64,000 bases of DNA from an uncultured Dehalococcoidaceae bacterium (GTDB lineage: Bacteria > Chloroflexota > Dehalococcoidia > Dehalococcoidales > RBG-16-60-22), in assembly GCA_964558675.1 (NCBI GenBank), contig CAZLEY010000002.1, positions 9,359 to 73,358 on the forward strand, given 5' to 3'. The number at the start of each line of letters is the position of its first letter. Position 1 is the stretch's first letter. The translations under genes were made by a program, and so were the position numbers. The notes below the pieces were generated by a model. The model searched no databases. It worked only from the letters and a program-made list of their open reading frames with translations, and was not told the DNA's origin. Positions 62,154-64,000 of this stretch are shown piece after piece.

Positions 62154-62474
62154 CGTCAACAGGAAGCAGAGACCCAAATTAGGAGCCAGTTCCTGGCTGC
62201 TGCGTGTCAAAGCGACCAGCGTTCGGTCGCTTTACAGTCGGCACAGGGTGAAATCGAAAGCGGCAGTAAGCTGACTCCGCGGGAGATTGAGATATTGAGG
62301 CTGGCATCTCGCGGTATGAGCAACAAAGAGTTGTCCGAGAAGCTCTCGGTTAGTCTGCGTACCGTTAAAGCACACCTGAGCAATATTTTCAACAAAATGG
62401 GCTGTATCAGCCGTACCGATGCCATCATCAAAGGGCTGAAGCAGGGATATATCAGCCTGGATGATATTCAGTAG
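62154..62474 (+). pseudogene. Remnant of a NarL/LuxR response regulator (HTH output domain only, no start codon, no receiver)
   Basis: The stop-to-stop frame reads ...LTPREIEILRLASRGMSNKELSEKLSVSLRTVKAHLSNIFNKMGCISRTDAIIKGLKQGYISLDDIQ. This is colinear with the C-termini of the two intact regulators in the window. Confidence 0.55.
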
Positions 62475-62568
62475 CCGTTGCGCATGTCGGCTACTCTGGA
62501 TATGGAGTTGTAATCATTTACCTACGCATATTTAGACGGGTATCCGTAACCATCTCCAATCCTCATTT

Positions 62569-62715
62569 ATGGGCAGGCTGGGCCTTATGGGTATGTATGA
62601 GCGCGCCGGGCTCCTGAATGGCAGTCTGGAAATACAGTCGAAGCCAGGCGAGGGTACGAAAGTAGTCGTGAAATTGCCCTGGTACGTCCAGGGTAAGGAA
62701 AAGCGAGTCAATTGA
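62569..62715 (+). pseudogene. Remnant of a histidine kinase C-terminus (end of the HATPase domain)
   Basis: MGRLGLMGMYERAGLLNGSLEIQSKPGEGTKVVVKLP, compare GIIGMRERARLIGGTLIVQSEPDTGTTVTLRIP in the intact kinase at 52137. Confidence 0.5.
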
Positions 62716-62879
62716 CGGCTGTAATCTACGCTCCATCTTTGATGGATTGGCAAGCTGGGCTCTGGTGGCTGACACGGTCTTTTCAGCGTTTGTTTTCATT
62801 ATCTATTTCGTAATCGGAAGATGGAAGAAGAAGAAAGTCTAGTTGTCGCAGTATATAATTACGGCAGGAGGTGTTGTTT

Positions 62880-63488
62880 ATGGATATTGAAGAACTTGCC
62901 AGGAAAGTCCAGTACCTTATCGACCTTGAGGAAATCAAGAAACTACAGCGTAAATATCAGTACTGGCTGTTCAAGCAGGACTATGAAAAAATAGTCGAGC
63001 GCTGTTTTGCCCGGAAGACTCCCGGCGTGAGGATGGAGGCATCAGATAGCGGCGTCTTCAAAGAACCTGAAGGTGTGAGGCGGTTTTTTCTGGATATGGT
63101 GGGTCAGCAGAGGACACGACCTGGCGGTTTTACCATGCACATGGCGGTAGGTCCCGTAATTGAGATTGCCAGAGATGGTGAAACGTCCCGGAGCATATGG
63201 TTTTCACCGGGTTGCGCCGGTCCGATGTGGATATGGGGAGTGTATATGGTAGACTATGTTAAAGAGGACGGAGAGTGGAAGTTCTGGCACATGATTTTCA
63301 GTCCGTTCTTCAGGACGCCTTATGATAAGGGCTGGACTGAAGTCCCTGTTTCGGGGACGCTGAGGTCGGGTCTGGAGGATGGGCCGCCTTCACGGTGGAA
63401 TCCGTATGATAAAGCAAAAGCCGGCCAGGAACTCTTCTCACATCTATTAGATGCACCGGAACCTTATGATAGCATGAATATAGAATAA
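62880..63488 (+). CDS. SnoaL-like / NTF2-fold protein
   Basis: About 200 aa, with a coiled N-terminus followed by an alpha+beta cone-like pattern. ATG 62880 lies 8 nt after AGGAGG. The family assignment is tentative. Confidence 0.45.
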   Translation: MDIEELARKVQYLIDLEEIKKLQRKYQYWLFKQDYEKIVERCFARKTPGVRMEASDSGVFKEPEGVRRFFLDMVGQQRTRPGGFTMHMAVGPVIEIARDGETSRSIWFSPGCAGPMWIWGVYMVDYVKEDGEWKFWHMIFSPFFRTPYDKGWTEVPVSGTLRSGLEDGPPSRWNPYDKAKAGQELFSHLLDAPEPYDSMNIE

Positions 63489-63602
63489 CAGGTCACGATT
63501 GGAGTCGGTTTTCCGGTGTTTTAGTCTGGTTGCCCTGATATAATAATGCCGGGGTGGCAAATGAAGGGATATGCTGGCAAAGAATTAACAAAAGGAGGAA
63601 AA

Positions 63603-64000
63603 AATGGAACTGCTTTTAAAAGATAAGGTGGCACTGGTAACCGGAGCCGGGAGCCAGATAGGCTATGGCAGAGGTATAGCTGTACTGTTGGCGGAGGAGG
63701 GGTGTCATATCGTCGCTGCCGATATTGACCTTGATGGAGCTAAAAAAACGGCGGCGGATGTCGGGTCTCTGGGCCGCGAAGCCCTGGCGGTGAAAGTGGA
63801 TGTGACCGAAAAGGCTGAGGTTGACGGTATGGTTAAAAAGGCGCTGGAAAAGTTCGGCAAAATAGATATCCTGGTAAATAATGCCGGCTCCAGCAGTCAG
63901 TTAAGGCCGTTCATTGAGATGACGGAAGAAGATTGGAACTATGACATCGGTGTTAACCTTCTCGGCCAGATGAGGGTCGCCCGGGCGGTACTTCCCCACA
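63603..64000 (+). CDS. Short-chain dehydrogenase/reductase (SDR), N-terminal part (continues beyond the window)
   Basis: KDKVALVTGAGSQIGYGRGIA...ILVNNAG. Confidence 0.8.

Overview
This 64-kb chromosomal window comes from a strictly anaerobic bacterium that appears to use selenocysteine. The gene content is acetogen-like or resembles uncultivated Chloroflexota/Dehalococcoidia, but the taxon cannot be fixed from sequence alone. All family names below come from motif recognition by eye; no database search was run.

Layout, in order:
- 1-2.9 kb: plsY (partial), degV, a PadR regulator with its membrane partner, and tRNA-Leu(UAG).
- 3-8.3 kb: an operon of a NuoF-like protein, an Fe-S::GltD fusion and an FAD flavoprotein.
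- 8.8-11.4 kb: fur-feoAB, with a shared palindromic box upstream of fur and of feoA.
- 11.6-13.7 kb: acetogen-type metVF followed by a receiver-only response regulator.
- 15.4-24.4 kb: a dense co-directional metal/Fe-S cofactor island. It contains DUF134, DUF364, a Fur paralogue, two DUF5320 proteins, a NifX-like protein with a Gly/Met/Arg repeat tail, FmdB, a second NifX-like protein, Mrp/ApbC, NifU/IscU, a radical SAM protein, a decayed ferredoxin-like gene plus cooC, an intact cooT, a methyltransferase and a ferredoxin.
- 24.5-28.1 kb: a thiol-redox module of thioredoxin, two tandem CoA-disulfide-reductase-like paralogues and a J-domain protein.
- 28.6-38.5 kb (minus strand): hdrCBA, a membrane-anchored pyridine-nucleotide-disulfide oxidoreductase, mvhDGA, the maturation protease and a PAS protein. 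Two tiny MEWQ transmembrane peptides precede this cluster. HdrA and MvhD each carry an in-frame TGA at the position known to hold selenocysteine in these families, so the ORF track splits or truncates them.
- 38.9-46.2 kb: a NarL-type response regulator, a C_GCAxxG_C_C protein, a truncated AOR gene and a liv-type ABC transporter.
- 46.6-54.8 kb: a small MerR-like HTH gene with a coiled-coil HisKA-only protein, a 9x CARDB-repeat surface protein, and a histidine kinase/NarL pair.
- 55-62 kb: a formate dehydrogenase operon (NuoE, NuoF::GltD, Cys-type FdhA). A duplicated ~65-aa domain occurs both as a stand-alone first gene and as the FdhA C-terminal tail.
- 62-64 kb: two-component-system remnants, a SnoaL-like protein and a partial SDR.

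No CRISPR array, transposase, integrase or rRNA was seen.

The best candidates for undescribed biology are:
- the DUF134/DUF5320/NifX-like cofactor island with its shared low-complexity and coiled-coil modules;
- the Hdr-Mvh locus with its extra membrane-anchored flavoprotein and MEWQ peptide family;
- the duplicated docking-like domain in the FDH operon.

Several genes are disrupted or truncated. This reflects either ongoing gene decay or assembly errors.
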